A DNA stretch of 59,904 nt, counting the filler. It is 6 parts of 6 records of this genome, joined end to end, with 100 filler letters (N's around TTAATTAATTAA, not from the genome) between each part and the next. Parts side by side here need not be neighbours in the genome. Positions count along the whole stretch, not along the records: positions 1 to 14,125 come from DRR723986_5545; positions 14,226 to 21,707 come from DRR723986_5555; positions 21,808 to 38,044 come from DRR723986_5556; 3 more parts are not named here. One strand, given 5' to 3'. A program made the translations under genes and the position numbers. Of this stretch, positions 12,750 to 22,859 are shown piece by piece. The notes beneath the pieces were generated by a model. That model was not told the origin of the DNA and did no database searches. It saw nothing but the letters and a program-made list of their open reading frames with translations. Positions within the stretch are counted from its first letter, which is position 1. Each line of letters starts with the position of its first letter.

Positions 12750-13871
12750 TTAACCCGCTTGTGGCGCCGATACCATGTGCAACTCTGACACGCCGCCAAG
12801 CTCGGCCATTTCCACATATTGCGCCCGCGCGCCCATGCCCTGAAACAGCTCGGGCCCCGTTCCTGTCATCCAGGCCTGCGCCCCCAGCGCGCAGATTTCA
12901 TCATAAAGCGCCGCCCGCCGTGCCGCATCCAAATGCGCGCCCACCTCATCTAGCAACACCAGCGGTGGCGCGCCCAGATCCGCCGCCAAGGCCCGCGCAT
13001 TGGCCAAGATCAACGACACCAACAGCGCTTTTTGCTCGCCAGTCGAACAGTCTTTCGCCGCCACCCCCTTGGCCGCATACACGGCGTGCAAATCTGTGCG
13101 ATGCGGCCCCACCAAACTGCGCCCCGCCGCCATATCCCGAAACCGGCTTTCGCCAAAGGCGGCCAGCAAATCGGCCTCGGTGCTGGCCTGCGCCCCTTCT
13201 GCCTGGATGATCTCAAGATGCGCCGCGGGAAAGGCCGTCTCGGCGCCCTCTTGCGCCGCCAGCAGCCGCGCCAGCGCAGCTGCGCGGTTTTGCGCCATCT
13301 GGGCACCTGCGCGCGCCATCTGTCGCTCTAGCGCCAGATACCAATGCGCGTCGCGCACCTGCTCTTTCAACAGCCGATTACGCTCGCGCATCGCCTTGTC
13401 GTAAACCAACACCTGCGCACCATGATCGGGAAAAAAGCTTAGCGTCATGCGGTCTAAAAACCGCCGGCGCCCCTCGGCCCCTTCAATCCACAAACGGTCC
13501 ATGCTGGGCACCAGCCACAACACACGCAAAAGCTGGCCCAACGCCGCTTGCGCCGCAGCCTTGCCACCCAGCTTTACCTGCCGCGCAGCACCTGCATCTG
13601 AAAAAATCTCAACCTCTGTATCCAGCTCGGCACCGGCCAAAATAAAGCGCAGCTTCCAGCCCAGCGCCTCGGGGCGGCGCGCCATCTCTTCTGCCGCCGC
13701 CCGGCGCAGCCCGCGCCCCGGCGATAACAGCGACACGGCCTCTAACAGATTGGTCTTGCCAGCGCCATTGGGGCCAAATACCGCCACCGGCCGCGCGTCT
13801 AGCGCCAGCTCACCGCGCTGATGCGATCGAAAATGCGAAATCGATAGCGCAGAGACATAAAGGCCAGTCAC
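12750..13871 (-). CDS. recF: DNA replication/repair protein RecF
   Basis: GPNGAGKTNLLEA, GPHRTD, STGEQK and LLDEV; lies between dnaN and gyrB. Confidence 0.95.
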   Translation of the reverse strand: MTGLYVSALSISHFRSHQRGELALDARPVAVFGPNGAGKTNLLEAVSLLSPGRGLRRAAAEEMARRPEALGWKLRFILAGAELDTEVEIFSDAGAARQVKLGGKAAAQAALGQLLRVLWLVPSMDRLWIEGAEGRRRFLDRMTLSFFPDHGAQVLVYDKAMRERNRLLKEQVRDAHWYLALERQMARAGAQMAQNRAAALARLLAAQEGAETAFPAAHLEIIQAEGAQASTEADLLAAFGESRFRDMAAGRSLVGPHRTDLHAVYAAKGVAAKDCSTGEQKALLVSLILANARALAADLGAPPLVLLDEVGAHLDAARRAALYDEICALGAQAWMTGTGPELFQGMGARAQYVEMAELGGVSELHMVSAPQAG

Positions 13872-13932
13872 CAAAACCGCCCTTCATCTTGCCAAAAATA
13901 CTCATCTTCCACAGGGCCCATCTGGCGCCACG

Positions 13933-14125
13933 TCAGACGCGCATGGGCATCACGACATAAACCGCGCTGGTGTCATTGCCCTCGCGCATCAACGTCGGGT
14001 CGCCGGCAGAATTGAACAAGAACACCGCATTTTCGCGGTCCACTTGGCTGGCGATTTCCAACAGATATTTGGCGTTAAACCCAATTTCCAGCCGCTCGTC
14101 GCCATAGGCCACGGCCAGCTCTTCC
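13933..14125 (-). CDS. dnaN: DNA polymerase III beta clamp, C-terminal fragment (truncated by contig end)
   Basis: My translation: EELAVAYGDERLEIGFNAKYLLEIASQ...YVVMPMRV*. Confidence 0.93.
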
Positions 14126-14225
14126 NNNNNNNNNNNNNNNNNNNNNNNNNNNNNNNNNNNNNNNNNNNNTTAATTAATTAANNNNNNNNNNNNNNNNNNN
14201 NNNNNNNNNNNNNNNNNNNNNNNNN
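14126..14225. other. artificial contig join (N run + TTAATTAATTAA)
   Basis: 100-bp spacer with a six-frame stop linker. Confidence 0.98.
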
Positions 14226-14263
14226 CGCGACCCCGCGGCAGGCGCGCCGCCGGATCGGGCGCG

Positions 14264-15511
14264 TTACCGCAGCATCGCCAGCAGTGCGCGCGAGGGCTGG
14301 CCGGTGACCGCCAGCCCCTTCGCGGCCTGATAGGCCGAGATCGCCGCTTCGGTCTTCTTGCCCATGACGCCGTCCGGCGTGCCCGCGTCGTAGCCCGCGC
14401 GGGTCAGGCCGGCCTGGAGCGCCTTGCGGTCCTCCAGCGTCAGCCCGTTGGCGTCCGGTCCGAAGGAGGCAACCAGCGGGCCGTCCCCGGCGAGGCGCCC
14501 GGCCATGTAGCCGACGCCCAGCCCGTAGTTCTCGGACGGGTTGTAGCGCAGGATCATCGTGAAGTTGTGGAAGACGAGGAAGGCGGGCGCGCCCGTGCCC
14601 ATGGGCGCCAGCACCGCCGCCGGACCCGCGTCCGGCAGGGCTCCACCTCGCGCGGGCGTGACGCCCAGCGCGCGCCAGTCTGCCACCGAACGCCGGTTGC
14701 CGCGTCCGATGGCGGCGTCGAAGCCTTGGGGCAGCCGCACCTCCAGCCCCCAGGGCTGGCCGCGCCGCCAGCCCGCCTCGGACAGGAAGCGCGCGGTGGT
14801 CGCGAAGGCATCGACGGGGTTGTCCGACCAGATGTCGCGCTTGCCGTCGCCGTCGAAGTCCACCGCGTGGCGCTGGTAGGCGTCGGGGATCAGCTGGGTG
14901 TGGCCCATGGCCCCGGCCCAGCTGCCCACGAGCTGCTCGGGCCGCGCGTCGCCGGTCTGCAGGATGCGCAGGGCGTTCATCAGGTTCGATTCGAAGAAGG
15001 CCCCGCGGCGGCCCTCCCAGGCCAGGGTCGAGGTGGCCGAGATCACCGGGATCTTGCCGCGCCGCGTGCCGAAGTAGCTTTCCAGTCCCCAGATCGAGCC
15101 CAGCACATCCGCCGCCACGCCGTAGCGGGCCTCGACCTGCGCCAGCGCGCCGCGCTGCCCCGCCACCGCGCGGCGGCCGAAGGCGACCTTCTCCTCGGGG
15201 GCCACGATGGCGAGGTAATCCTCGAGCGAGCGCTTGAACTCGGTCTGGTTGCGGTCGCGCTCGACCACGCCGGGCAGGTAGCCCTGTCCGCGAAAGGCCG
15301 CGGTCAGCACCTCGTCCGAGATGCCCCGCCGCCGGGCGCGGTCCTTGAAGGCCGCGACCCAGGCGTCATAGGACGGGTTGGGCTGGGGGCGCAGCCCCGG
15401 CTCCAGTTCGGGATCGGGCCGGGCCACGTCGGGCACCGCCATGCCGGCCCCGCAGCCCGCCAGCCACAGGGCGGCGGGCGCCATCATCACAAGGCGCCTG
15501 TTGAGTGTCAT
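14264..15511 (-). CDS. lytic murein transglycosylase (MltB-like) with C-terminal peptidoglycan-binding domain
   Basis: Lipoprotein-type leader (LAGC); IWGLESYFG, GSWAGAMGHTQ, DFDGDGKRDIW; PG-binding DGVMGKKT. Confidence 0.9.
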   Translation of the reverse strand: MTLNRRLVMMAPAALWLAGCGAGMAVPDVARPDPELEPGLRPQPNPSYDAWVAAFKDRARRRGISDEVLTAAFRGQGYLPGVVERDRNQTEFKRSLEDYLAIVAPEEKVAFGRRAVAGQRGALAQVEARYGVAADVLGSIWGLESYFGTRRGKIPVISATSTLAWEGRRGAFFESNLMNALRILQTGDARPEQLVGSWAGAMGHTQLIPDAYQRHAVDFDGDGKRDIWSDNPVDAFATTARFLSEAGWRRGQPWGLEVRLPQGFDAAIGRGNRRSVADWRALGVTPARGGALPDAGPAAVLAPMGTGAPAFLVFHNFTMILRYNPSENYGLGVGYMAGRLAGDGPLVASFGPDANGLTLEDRKALQAGLTRAGYDAGTPDGVMGKKTEAAISAYQAAKGLAVTGQPSRALLAMLR

Positions 15512-15630
15512 CGTCTGCTCCTGCATCGTTTTCTTGTCGATTGCCTCTGCGGCAATCTACAGCAGGGCGGCGGGGACCGGCAACAGGCGCCCTGCGCTGC
15601 GGCGCGGGATCGCCGGTCGGCGCCGGCGGA

Positions 15631-15789
15631 TCAGGGCGCCAGCCACCATGCCGCGGCCACGAGCGCGGCCAGAACCGGCAGGAACCACCAGCGGTTCCAC
15701 GGCGGCGTCGGTACGAAGCAATAGCCGCAATCGCGGGCCCCCAGCCTGACGCGGTGATTGCAGCGGCAGCGGAAAATCCTGACAGTCAT
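15631..15789 (-). CDS. small Cys-rich membrane protein (52 aa)
   Basis: MTVRIFRCRCNHRVRLGARDCGYCFVPTPPWNRWWFLPVLAALVAAAWWLAP; GGAG RBS upstream; CxC...CxxC plus a C-terminal TM helix. Confidence 0.5.
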   Translation of the reverse strand: MTVRIFRCRCNHRVRLGARDCGYCFVPTPPWNRWWFLPVLAALVAAAWWLAP

Positions 15790-15996
15790 CACGCATACTC
15801 CACATGGTCTGGTGGCAGCCACGACCCGGCCGCCGAAAGGTTTCAGGGCGCATCCCGGTTAAAGGACAAACTGGGGAAACTCCCGCCTTCCCGAGCGTCA
15901 GTTTTTCCGGATTTCTTCACGGTTGTTTAAGGACGTCGCGTCACCCTGCGCGCAGTCCGGGCAATGGGTGCCGGGGCCGGAACCGTCGGACCGCAG

Positions 15997-18366
15997 ATGA
16001 ACCATCCCATCCCCCCGGATCCCCAGCCGAGGCCAGAGCGGGCAGGAACCGGCCACGATGGCGCATCGGGGCGCCTGCCCCGTCTCGGGCTGCGGGCCTG
16101 CATGATCCTGCTGGGCCTCTGCGCCGCCCTGCTGGGCGCGCTGCTGGTGGGGATCGCTGGCTACCGCGCCACCGACGGGACCGCGCGCGAGGGCGCCTCG
16201 GCGCTTCTGGCCGCGGAGGCGCGGCTGAACGCCGACCGCCTGTTTGCCCCGCTGGACCGGATGCGCTCCGAGACCGAGATCCTTTCGCGCCTGCCGATCC
16301 TGCGCCTCATGGCCCCCGGGTCCGAAACCCCGGCGGACCAGCGCGCCGACCTGAACCGGCGGCTGGCGCTGGTCTTCTCGACCCTGCTGACGGAGCGGCC
16401 CGCCTATTATCAGGCCCGGCTGATCCTGCTTGCCGATGGCGGGCGCGAGGCGGTGCGCGTCGAATCCGGCACCGGCGGCATCCGCGTGACGCCCCCCGCC
16501 GCCCTGCAACGCAAAGCGGCGGAGCCCTACATGCGACCGCTGTTCCGCGCGAACACGCCGGGCGGATATTTCTCCGACGTCACCCTGAACCGAGAGCATG
16601 GGCGCGTGCAGGAGGCTGCTCCCGTGACGCTGCGCCATGTCCAGCCGGTGCGGGACGCCGAGGGGCGCATATACGGCGCCATCGTGCTGAACGCCGATCT
16701 CACCCGGCTGTTCGAAGGGGTGCAGCCGCATCTTGACCCCGACCATCTGCTGCATCTCGTCATGCAGAGCGGCGACCACATCACGCTGGGGGCCGAGGGG
16801 CCCGTGACCGCGCTGCGCTTTCACGGCGCAGCGGATTTCCAGCCGCTCGACTGGCCCGGCGCGGGCCACCCCGTGCCGCCCGAAGGCGCCCGGTTCGACG
16901 CCGGTGGCACCGTCGCCCATGCCGTGCCCCTGGCCCTGCCGGGCCCCGACGGCCCCCAGCGCCTGACCGCCGTCGTCAGTGCGCCGCTGAAGACCCTGCT
17001 GGCGCCGGTCCATACGCTGGCGTTGACGGCGCTGCTGCTCACGGCGCTGGCCGGGGCGCTCGCTCTGGCGCTCAGCCTCGGCCTCTGGCACGGGGCCATG
17101 CGCCCGATCCGGCCGCTGCTCGCGCGCACCGGCGAGGCGCTGGCCCGCCATACCGCCGGGCAGGCGAGGGTGATGACCGGCAGCGGGGACGATCTGTTGG
17201 ACCTGCGCGGCTCTCTCGCGGCGGCGCTCGACCGGCTCTCGGACGCCAGCGACCGGGCGCGCGCGATGTTCCTCGGCACCGCCGATGGCGTCATGCTGGT
17301 CCGCCGCGACGGGACGATCACCGACATAAACCCCTCTGCGCTCGCCATGTTCGGCTATGCCGAGGGGGATGCCGTGACGCTCGAGATGCTTGTCCCCCCC
17401 GCATCGCGAGAGGTGCATCGCGGGTTGGTGCGCGGGGCGGATGTCGGCCCGGAGGGGCGGCGCATGGCCGAGACCCGGCCCATCCGCGGCGTGCGCGCCG
17501 ACGGCTCCACCTTCCCGATCGAGATTTCGATCAGCCCCGTCGATTACCACGGCGACACGCAGTTCGTCGCCATGATCCGCGACATTTCGGTACGCTCTGG
17601 CATAGAGGCGGAGCGCGAGGCGCTGATCGCCGACCTTGGTCGCGCGAAGGCGGATCTGGAACGCTCCAACGAGGAACTCGACAGCTTCGCCTATGTCGCC
17701 TCGCACGACCTCAAGGCGCCGCTGCGGGTGATCGACAATGCCTCGCGCTGGCTGGAAGAGGATGTCGGAGAGGGGCTGGACGCGGATTCGCGCGAGAACC
17801 TTGCGCTGATCCGCACCCGCGTCCGGCGGATGGAGCGTCTGCTCGACGATCTGCTGATGCATTCCCGGATCGGACGGGATCGGCGCGTCCACGCCTCGGT
17901 CCCGGGCGACGACCTGATGGCCGGGGTGATCGGGCTGACCGACGCGCCCGAGGGCTTCGCGATAGAGGTGGACGACAGCCTCGGCGAGGTCTCCCTGCCG
18001 CGCATGCCGATCCAGAGCGTGCTGCTCAACCTCGTCTCGAACGCGATCAAGCATCACGACCGCCCCGACGGCAGGGTCCGCATCTCCGTGGCCGAGGCCG
18101 GCACGGAGTTTGTCTTCACCGTCGAGGACGACGGCCCCGGCATCGCGCCCGAATACCATGACCGCATCTTCGACATGTTCACCACTCTGCGGCCTCGCGA
18201 TCAGGTCGAAGGCAGCGGCATGGGGCTTGCCATGGTGCGCAAGACGCTGGGCATGGTCGGCGGCGCCATCCAGCTGGAGTCGGCCCCCGGTGCGGGTTGC
18301 CGCTTTACCGTCACATGGCCGCGGCCCGACCAGCCCCGGGCGGATGACGCGGATCAGGCCGCCTGA
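15997..18366 (+). CDS. membrane sensor histidine kinase (extracytoplasmic sensor, PAS, HisKA, HATPase)
   Basis: Two TM segments; PAS (DGSTFPIEISIS), H-box SHDLKAPLR, N-box NLVSNAIKH, DDGPGI and GSGMGL. Confidence 0.9.
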   Translation: MNHPIPPDPQPRPERAGTGHDGASGRLPRLGLRACMILLGLCAALLGALLVGIAGYRATDGTAREGASALLAAEARLNADRLFAPLDRMRSETEILSRLPILRLMAPGSETPADQRADLNRRLALVFSTLLTERPAYYQARLILLADGGREAVRVESGTGGIRVTPPAALQRKAAEPYMRPLFRANTPGGYFSDVTLNREHGRVQEAAPVTLRHVQPVRDAEGRIYGAIVLNADLTRLFEGVQPHLDPDHLLHLVMQSGDHITLGAEGPVTALRFHGAADFQPLDWPGAGHPVPPEGARFDAGGTVAHAVPLALPGPDGPQRLTAVVSAPLKTLLAPVHTLALTALLLTALAGALALALSLGLWHGAMRPIRPLLARTGEALARHTAGQARVMTGSGDDLLDLRGSLAAALDRLSDASDRARAMFLGTADGVMLVRRDGTITDINPSALAMFGYAEGDAVTLEMLVPPASREVHRGLVRGADVGPEGRRMAETRPIRGVRADGSTFPIEISISPVDYHGDTQFVAMIRDISVRSGIEAEREALIADLGRAKADLERSNEELDSFAYVASHDLKAPLRVIDNASRWLEEDVGEGLDADSRENLALIRTRVRRMERLLDDLLMHSRIGRDRRVHASVPGDDLMAGVIGLTDAPEGFAIEVDDSLGEVSLPRMPIQSVLLNLVSNAIKHHDRPDGRVRISVAEAGTEFVFTVEDDGPGIAPEYHDRIFDMFTTLRPRDQVEGSGMGLAMVRKTLGMVGGAIQLESAPGAGCRFTVTWPRPDQPRADDADQAA

Positions 18367-18384
18367 AGGGGGAGGAAGGGCACG

Positions 18385-18828
18385 ATGATGCAGCGACGGA
18401 AGTCCCGGCCCATCAACATCCTTCTGGTGGAGGATGACGACGGCGACGCCAAACTGGTGACCCGCGCCTTTCACCGGGCCCAGATCGCCAATCCCATCGT
18501 CCGCGGCCATGACGGCCAGGAGGCGCTGGAGATCCTGCGCGCCCAGGCCATCCATCCGCCCGAGACCCCCTTCATCTGCCTCGTGGACGTGAACATGCCC
18601 CGGATGTCAGGGCATGAATTCGTCGCGGCGCTGCGCAGGGACCCCGCCCTGCGCAAGCTGGTGGTCTTCATGCTGACCACCTCGCGGCTGCGCGAGGACG
18701 TGGACAGCGCCTATGACAACAACGTGGCGGGCTATATCGTGAAGGACTCCGCCGGCACGGATTTTCTCGACCTGATCGGCACGCTCGACGCCTACTGGCG
18801 TCTCGTCGAACTGCCGGACCTGCCCTGA
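18385..18828 (+). CDS. single-domain response regulator (Rcp1/CheY-like)
   Basis: ILLVEDD, DVNMPRMSG, MLTTS and YIVK. Confidence 0.9.
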   Translation: MMQRRKSRPINILLVEDDDGDAKLVTRAFHRAQIANPIVRGHDGQEALEILRAQAIHPPETPFICLVDVNMPRMSGHEFVAALRRDPALRKLVVFMLTTSRLREDVDSAYDNNVAGYIVKDSAGTDFLDLIGTLDAYWRLVELPDLP

Positions 18829-19952
18829 TGACGGCGCAGCCGCCGCACCCCCCGGGCCAGCCGCCGCGGATCCTCGTCATCGACGACGACCGCGGCGACG
18901 CCAAACTGCTCGCCCGCGCGCTGCGCGACAGCCGAATGCCCTGCGCGGTGCATCTGGCCGAGACCATGGACGCGGCGCTGAGGGACCATGCCGCCGGCCC
19001 GCTCGATCTGGTCTTCCTCGATTTCGGGCTGCCGGATTCCGACGGGCTCGTGAACATCACCATCCTGCAGCACCACTGGCCAGAGGCCGCGGTGGCCGTG
19101 GTCACCGGACAGGGCGACGAGATGATCGCCGCCGCCGTCATCAAGGCCGGCGCCATCGACTATATCCCCAAGCGCAACATCTCTGCCGCCTCGGTCGCGC
19201 GGCTGGTGCAGAACGGGCTCGAGGTCACGCGCCTGCGCCGCCAGATAGAGACGCAGCGGCAGGAACTGGACACCTTCGCCCATACGCTCGCCCATGATCT
19301 GAAGGCGCCGCTGCGGGCGCTCGACTATTTCACCGATTCGCTGGCAGAGGGCATCGCGGCGGGCGATTGCGCCGCCGTCGATGCGGACCGGCGCGAGATC
19401 GCCGGGCTGGTCTCGCGCCTGCATCGCACCATCGACGACCTCTCGGCGCATCTGCGCCCCGGGGCGGGCGGCGGGGCGCATGGGCCGGAGCCGGCGGAGG
19501 CGCTGCTGCGCGCGGCCACCGCCAACCTGCAGGCCGAGATCGCGGAACGCGACGCGACCCTCTGCGCCGATCCGCTGCCGGTGATCCTCTGCTCGGGCAG
19601 CGAGGTGATCCAGCTGTTCCAGAACCTCATCGGCAACGCCATCAAGTACTGCCCCAACCACCCGCCCCGGATCCATGTCGGCGCCAGCCTCGATGCCGCC
19701 GGACGCTGGGTCTTTGCGGTGACGGACAACGGCATCGGCGTGCCGCCCGACCATGCGGAGCGGATCTTTCAGCCCTTCCAGCGCCTCCACCGCGAGGAAG
19801 AGATCCCCGGCACCGGGCTGGGCCTTGCGACCTGCGCCAAGATCGTGCGGCGCCATGGCGGCCGCATCTGGTGCGAGCCGCAGGAAAGGGGAACCCGCAT
19901 CCGGTTTACCATGCCCGACGCGCCGGATGCCGCCCGGACCGGCACCGCATGA
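18828..19952 (+). CDS. hybrid receiver-histidine kinase
   Basis: N-terminal REC (VIDDD, LDFGLPD), AHDLKAPLR, QNLIGNAIKY and GTGLGL. Confidence 0.88.
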   Translation: MTAQPPHPPGQPPRILVIDDDRGDAKLLARALRDSRMPCAVHLAETMDAALRDHAAGPLDLVFLDFGLPDSDGLVNITILQHHWPEAAVAVVTGQGDEMIAAAVIKAGAIDYIPKRNISAASVARLVQNGLEVTRLRRQIETQRQELDTFAHTLAHDLKAPLRALDYFTDSLAEGIAAGDCAAVDADRREIAGLVSRLHRTIDDLSAHLRPGAGGGAHGPEPAEALLRAATANLQAEIAERDATLCADPLPVILCSGSEVIQLFQNLIGNAIKYCPNHPPRIHVGASLDAAGRWVFAVTDNGIGVPPDHAERIFQPFQRLHREEEIPGTGLGLATCAKIVRRHGGRIWCEPQERGTRIRFTMPDAPDAARTGTA

Positions 19953-20282
19953 GACCGCTTCGATGGATGGCCCGCAAACCTTCGCGACCAGCGCAGCGAC
20001 CGCGAGGGGCAGGCCGTCGATCCCGATTGGACCGGGACCGGACCCCGCCTGCCCGTTCGCGACCGGCGGCTCCGCTTCGCCGTGGGCGCCCCCGGCCCGC
20101 CGAAGACGCCGCCGTTCGGATTTCTGCGCCCCCCAGCCGCTCCGGGCGAGAGGGTCACCTCTTCCGAGCCGCGGCCTCGCCACTTGGGCGATCGGCGGCT
20201 CCGCCCCGCCAAGTCCCCCGGGCAGGCGGGCACCGCCGCCCCGGGTGCAGCGGCCCCCGGCTTTCCGCAACGGGCGGCGGGG

Positions 20283-21707
20283 TCAGCCCTTGAGGGCCGC
20301 CGCGCGCATCTGGCTCAGGGTCTGGCGTGGGGTTATCGCCTCTGCCGCGATCTCGAGGTCCAGCACCGCCCCCGTGTCCGAGGCCATGGCCCGCGCGAAG
20401 GCCGCCGGGAAATCCTCCGTCGCGGTCACGCGCTCGGCGTGGAACCCGTAGGCCTGCGCCAGCATCGTGAAATCCGGGCTGACCATGTCCGTGCCCGAGA
20501 CGCGCCCGGGGAACTGCCGCTCCTGATGGGCGCGGATGGTGCCGTAGACGCCGTTGTTGAGGATCAGCACGATGGGCCGCGCCTCTGCCTGCGCGGCCGT
20601 CGCAAGCTCTTGGCAGGTCATCTGGAAATCGCCGTCGCCGGCGAAGCAGATCACGCAGCGCGCGGGGTCCGCCACCTTGGCGGCGATGGCGGCGGGCAGC
20701 CCGTAACCCATGGCGCCCGATTGCGGCGCCAGAAGCCGGGCCTTGGGGCCGAAGGGGAAGAACTTGTTCGGCCAGACACTGAAGTTGCCCGCGCCGTTGG
20801 TCAGCACCACGTCCTCGGGCAGCACCGCGCGCAGATGCGCCGTCACCTTGCCCATGTCCACCGGGGAGGGCTGGTCCGGCAGTTCCAGCCCCGAGACATA
20901 GGCCGCGCGCCCCTCGGCGCACCAGCCGTCCCATGCCCCCTCGCAGGGGTCGAGCGCGGCGGCGAAGGCATTGGGCCCCGCGACGATGCCCAGCGCGGGC
21001 CGGTAGATCTTGCCGATCTCGCCCGCCTCGGCGTGCACATGCACCAGCGTCTGCGCCATTTCGGGCAGTTCGAACAGCGCGTAGCCGTCCGTCGTCATCT
21101 CGCCGAAGCGCACGTTGACCGCAAGGATCAGGTCCGCGCCCTGCAGCACCGCCTTGACGTTGGGCGGCATCCCCACGCCCGCCTCGCCGCAATAGACCTC
21201 CGAGAAGTTGTCGAAGCGGTCCTGAAAGCGGAAGGCGGCGACGACCGGAATGCGCGAGGCCTCGGCAAAGGCCTGCAGGTCGGCGCGGCCCTCGTCGGAC
21301 CAGCCGCTGCCGCCCATCAGGATCACCGGCCGCGCGGCCCCGGCGAGCAATTCCGCCAGACGGTCCATCGCGTCGCCATCCGGCGCGGGCTGCGCCAGCC
21401 GCACGGGGGCGGTCAGCGGCGCGGCGTCGGAGGTCTCGACCAGCATGTCTTCGGGCAGGGCGATCACCACCGGGCCGGGCCGCCCGCTGGTCGCCACGGT
21501 CCATGCGCGCGACAGGATCTCGGGGATGCGGTCGACGTCGTCGATCTCGACCGCCCATTTCGCCATGGTGCCGAAGACGGCGCGGTAATCGACCTCTTGA
21601 AAGGCCTCGCGCCCGCGCATGTCGGTCGCCACCTGCCCCACGAAGAGCAGCATGGGCGAGGAATCCTGCATCGCGGAATGCACCCCGATCGAGGCATTGG
21701 TGGCCCC
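20283..21707 (-). CDS. thiamine pyrophosphate-dependent enzyme, acetolactate synthase-like (5' truncated)
   Basis: GRPGPV, SGAMGYGLPAA and the GDGDFQM...NNGVYG TPP motif. Confidence 0.9.
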   Translation of the reverse strand, partial: GATNASIGVHSAMQDSSPMLLFVGQVATDMRGREAFQEVDYRAVFGTMAKWAVEIDDVDRIPEILSRAWTVATSGRPGPVVIALPEDMLVETSDAAPLTAPVRLAQPAPDGDAMDRLAELLAGAARPVILMGGSGWSDEGRADLQAFAEASRIPVVAAFRFQDRFDNFSEVYCGEAGVGMPPNVKAVLQGADLILAVNVRFGEMTTDGYALFELPEMAQTLVHVHAEAGEIGKIYRPALGIVAGPNAFAAALDPCEGAWDGWCAEGRAAYVSGLELPDQPSPVDMGKVTAHLRAVLPEDVVLTNGAGNFSVWPNKFFPFGPKARLLAPQSGAMGYGLPAAIAAKVADPARCVICFAGDGDFQMTCQELATAAQAEARPIVLILNNGVYGTIRAHQERQFPGRVSGTDMVSPDFTMLAQAYGFHAERVTATEDFPAAFARAMASDTGAVLDLEIAAEAITPRQTLSQMRAAALKG

Positions 21708-21807
21708 NNNNNNNNNNNNNNNNNNNNNNNNNNNNNNNNNNNNNNNNNNNNTTAATTAATTAANNNNNNNNNNNNNNNNNNNNNNNNNNNNNNNNNNNNN
21801 NNNNNNN
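21708..21807. other. artificial contig join
   Basis: N run + TTAATTAATTAA. Confidence 0.98.
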
Positions 21808-22015
21808 GGTCGTTGACCGTGCGCCCGCCGATGCTGATCTCGCCGGTGGTGGGGCTGTCGAGCCCCGCCAGCATCCGCAGCGTCGTGGACTTGCCGCAGC
21901 CCGAGGGGCCGAGCAGGGCGACGAACTCTCCGTCGTGGATCTCGAGGTTGAGGTTTTCGAGGGCCACATAGGTTCCGAACCGCTTGTGGACGTCTTTGAA
22001 GGTAACGTTGGCCAT
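21808..22015 (-). CDS. sugar ABC transporter ATPase (MalK-like), N-terminal fragment
   Basis: [14 protein letters not shown]...[19 protein letters not shown]. Confidence 0.9.
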
Positions 22016-22031
22016 TGGGTGTCCTTTGGGG

Positions 22032-22859
22032 TCAGCCCTTGACCCCGCCGGCACCGAAGCCGGAGGTCAGGTAGCTTTGCAGGAAGGCGAAGACGACGAT
22101 GAGCGGGATGCTCATCATGACCGAGGCCGCCATGAGCAGGGACCATTCGATGTTGAACGCCGAGATGAGCATGGACATGACGCCGGTGGTCAGGGGCGTG
22201 ACGCTGTCCGAGTTCACCAGCACCAGCGCGTAGAGGTATTCGTTCCACGACAGGATGAAGGTGAAGAGCGCGGTCGAGATGATGCCCGGCAGAAGCTGCG
22301 GGAAGATCACGTCCCTGAAGGCCCCGAGGCGGCTGGCGCCATCGACCAGCGCGGCGTTTTCGAGGTCCTCGGGGATGCCCTCCATGAACGAGCGCAGAAG
22401 CCAGAGCGCGTAGGGCAGGGCGAAGGTGGTATGCGCGAGGATCAGGCCGAAAAGCGAGTTCGACAGGCCCAGCGTCGCGATCATCAGGTAGAGCGGGATG
22501 ATCAGCACCACCGACGGCAGCAGGTAGGTGAAGAGCACAAGCATGGCCAGCGTCTCGCGCCCCCGGTAGGTGAAGCGCACGAGGCTGTAGGCACCAAGCG
22601 TGCCCAGCCCCACGACGAAGATCGTCGTCGAGACCGCCAGCACCACTGAGTTGCGGAAGTACTTGAGGAAGGGCGTCTCGGTCAGCAGCCGCCAGTAGTG
22701 CTCGAAGGTGATGGTCTCGGGGATCCAAGTCGGCGGGATGCGGAAGATCTCGGACTGGGGTTTCAGCGAGGTGATGATCATCCACAGCAGCGGGAAGGCC
22801 ACCAGAAGGACGATGGACCACGTCACGAGGTTCAGGATCAGCGGACGGGCGAGTTTCAT
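22032..22859 (-). CDS. CUT1 carbohydrate ABC permease (MalG-like)
   Basis: EAA loop [18 protein letters not shown]. Confidence 0.9.
   Translation of the reverse strand: MKLARPLILNLVTWSIVLLVAFPLLWMIITSLKPQSEIFRIPPTWIPETITFEHYWRLLTETPFLKYFRNSVVLAVSTTIFVVGLGTLGAYSLVRFTYRGRETLAMLVLFTYLLPSVVLIIPLYLMIATLGLSNSLFGLILAHTTFALPYALWLLRSFMEGIPEDLENAALVDGASRLGAFRDVIFPQLLPGIISTALFTFILSWNEYLYALVLVNSDSVTPLTTGVMSMLISAFNIEWSLLMAASVMMSIPLIVVFAFLQSYLTSGFGAGGVKG

Noticed and set aside
14170-14181. TTAATTAATTAA palindrome repeated five times in the window
   Set aside because: Artificial six-frame-stop linker inside the N spacers
15898-18555. 885-aa minus-strand ORF
   Set aside because: Antisense shadow of the histidine kinase/response regulator genes in high-GC DNA; no motifs
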